Assembly (NCBI GenBank): GCA_013239625.1
Contig: MU054323.1
Location: forward strand, 1,178,001-1,242,000
DNA: 64,000 bases
Direction: 5' to 3'
Origin: Lama guanicoe
Lineage: Eukaryota
Both the position numbers and the translations under genes were made by a program. This document shows, piece after piece, positions 62,996 through 64,000 of this stretch. Position 1 is the stretch's first letter; each line of letters begins with the position of its first letter. The notes under the pieces were generated by a model. It had not been told where the DNA came from. It saw nothing but the letters and a program-made list of their open reading frames with translations, and did not search any database.

Positions 62996-64000
62996 TTGAG
63001 AGTGATCTTGATGGTGGTAAAATTGTGAACCCTGGGATGGGAGTGAGAAGTGAAAAGAGGTCTGACCAGAAGTGCACAGAAAACCACTCTCCCTTCAATT
63101 CTGCCAGTGGTGGTGTGGAGAGAGGCCACAGGAAAACCTGCAGTATTTACGTATAACAACTATAGCCTGGTTAAGGGCTATGACCACAACAGAGGAAAAT
63201 AATTAGCATATATATTAATGAGGTCCTTTGTAATCCTACTGTGGATGGTAATTGTTTGTATATTAATAGTTCACAACTTGATTAGGTGCAAGATATGCAA
63301 AAACAGGCATTCCCAACTCCCTGATGAGGATCATTTAAGTTCTCTACACCTTTTTTTGGGATGCTAATGACTGTCAGGAAGACAAAAGACTGAAGTTCCA
63401 ACAAATCAAGTGAGCACATCTGGTTTAAGTGGATAAGTGTTCATCAATAAATGTACTGATTCTTCTTCCTTTCAGATCGGTCTTTAAACTTGATTCCTTT
63501 TAGACTACCCAGAAAAGCATATATTCATCTACACCAAGATTCATTCTGTCTGTCTTGTAAATTTCCAAAGTTTGATTTAACCAAAACACTAATTGCCTCT
63601 CCTCATTCACATACACATTAGCCTTAGCAATAAATTCACCAAAAATCCAAGAAAGCAGTGCCATAGAAATGAAAAACAAATTTCATAAATTCGAATACTT
63701 GGAGTGGCTATAAGAAACAACTTCTAAGGCCATGGGGTAAAACTCATGTTAAACTCAGTAATTAAAACCAAATTGTAAATACATAATAGAAAGTTAAACT
63801 GTCAAAAATAACTAGGAGGCGGTAGCCTAGACTACATAAACAAATGGAGGTGATGGTGAGAATATGGTAATCCTCAAATATTGTTCTGAAATTTTAAAAG
63901 ATTAATGATTGGCATGTAAATGGAGGGAGTGCCATTTCGTATTTTAATACAAAAAATAGATTTTAAACATAAAGAATAAAATGTTTTTAGTTTTTGAGGT

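Noticed and set aside
1..64000. CRISPR arrays, operons, rRNA genes or other prokaryotic systems
   Set aside because: No regularly spaced repeat-spacer array, no dense coding content and no rRNA-like sequence. The repeat content is eutherian.

Overview
This is AT-rich mammalian genomic DNA, not prokaryotic, and most likely camelid: it carries a tRNA-Ala-derived SINE matching the camelid Vic-1 type and two cetartiodactyl-type L1 3' end families. I could not identify any intact protein-coding gene. The supplied ORFs are L1 ORF2 remnants, antisense reads of repeats or chance ORFs. Transposon fossils dominate the window: L1, L2, MIR, MaLR/ERVL solo LTRs and hAT MITEs, several with visible target-site duplications (TSDs) and nesting. 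The most unusual object is a decayed Ty3/Gypsy-type element on the minus strand (about 52.9-57.2 kb). It has a PNMA-family-like gag (start codon, capsid motifs, eroded zinc knuckle), a possible integrase C-terminal remnant, no visible protease or RT, and a candidate 5' LTR. A strong plus-strand bias of L1s suggests the window is intronic to a large minus-strand gene. Several repeat-free, homeobox-motif-rich islands look like enhancers. Repeat family names come from recalled consensus features, not from a database search.
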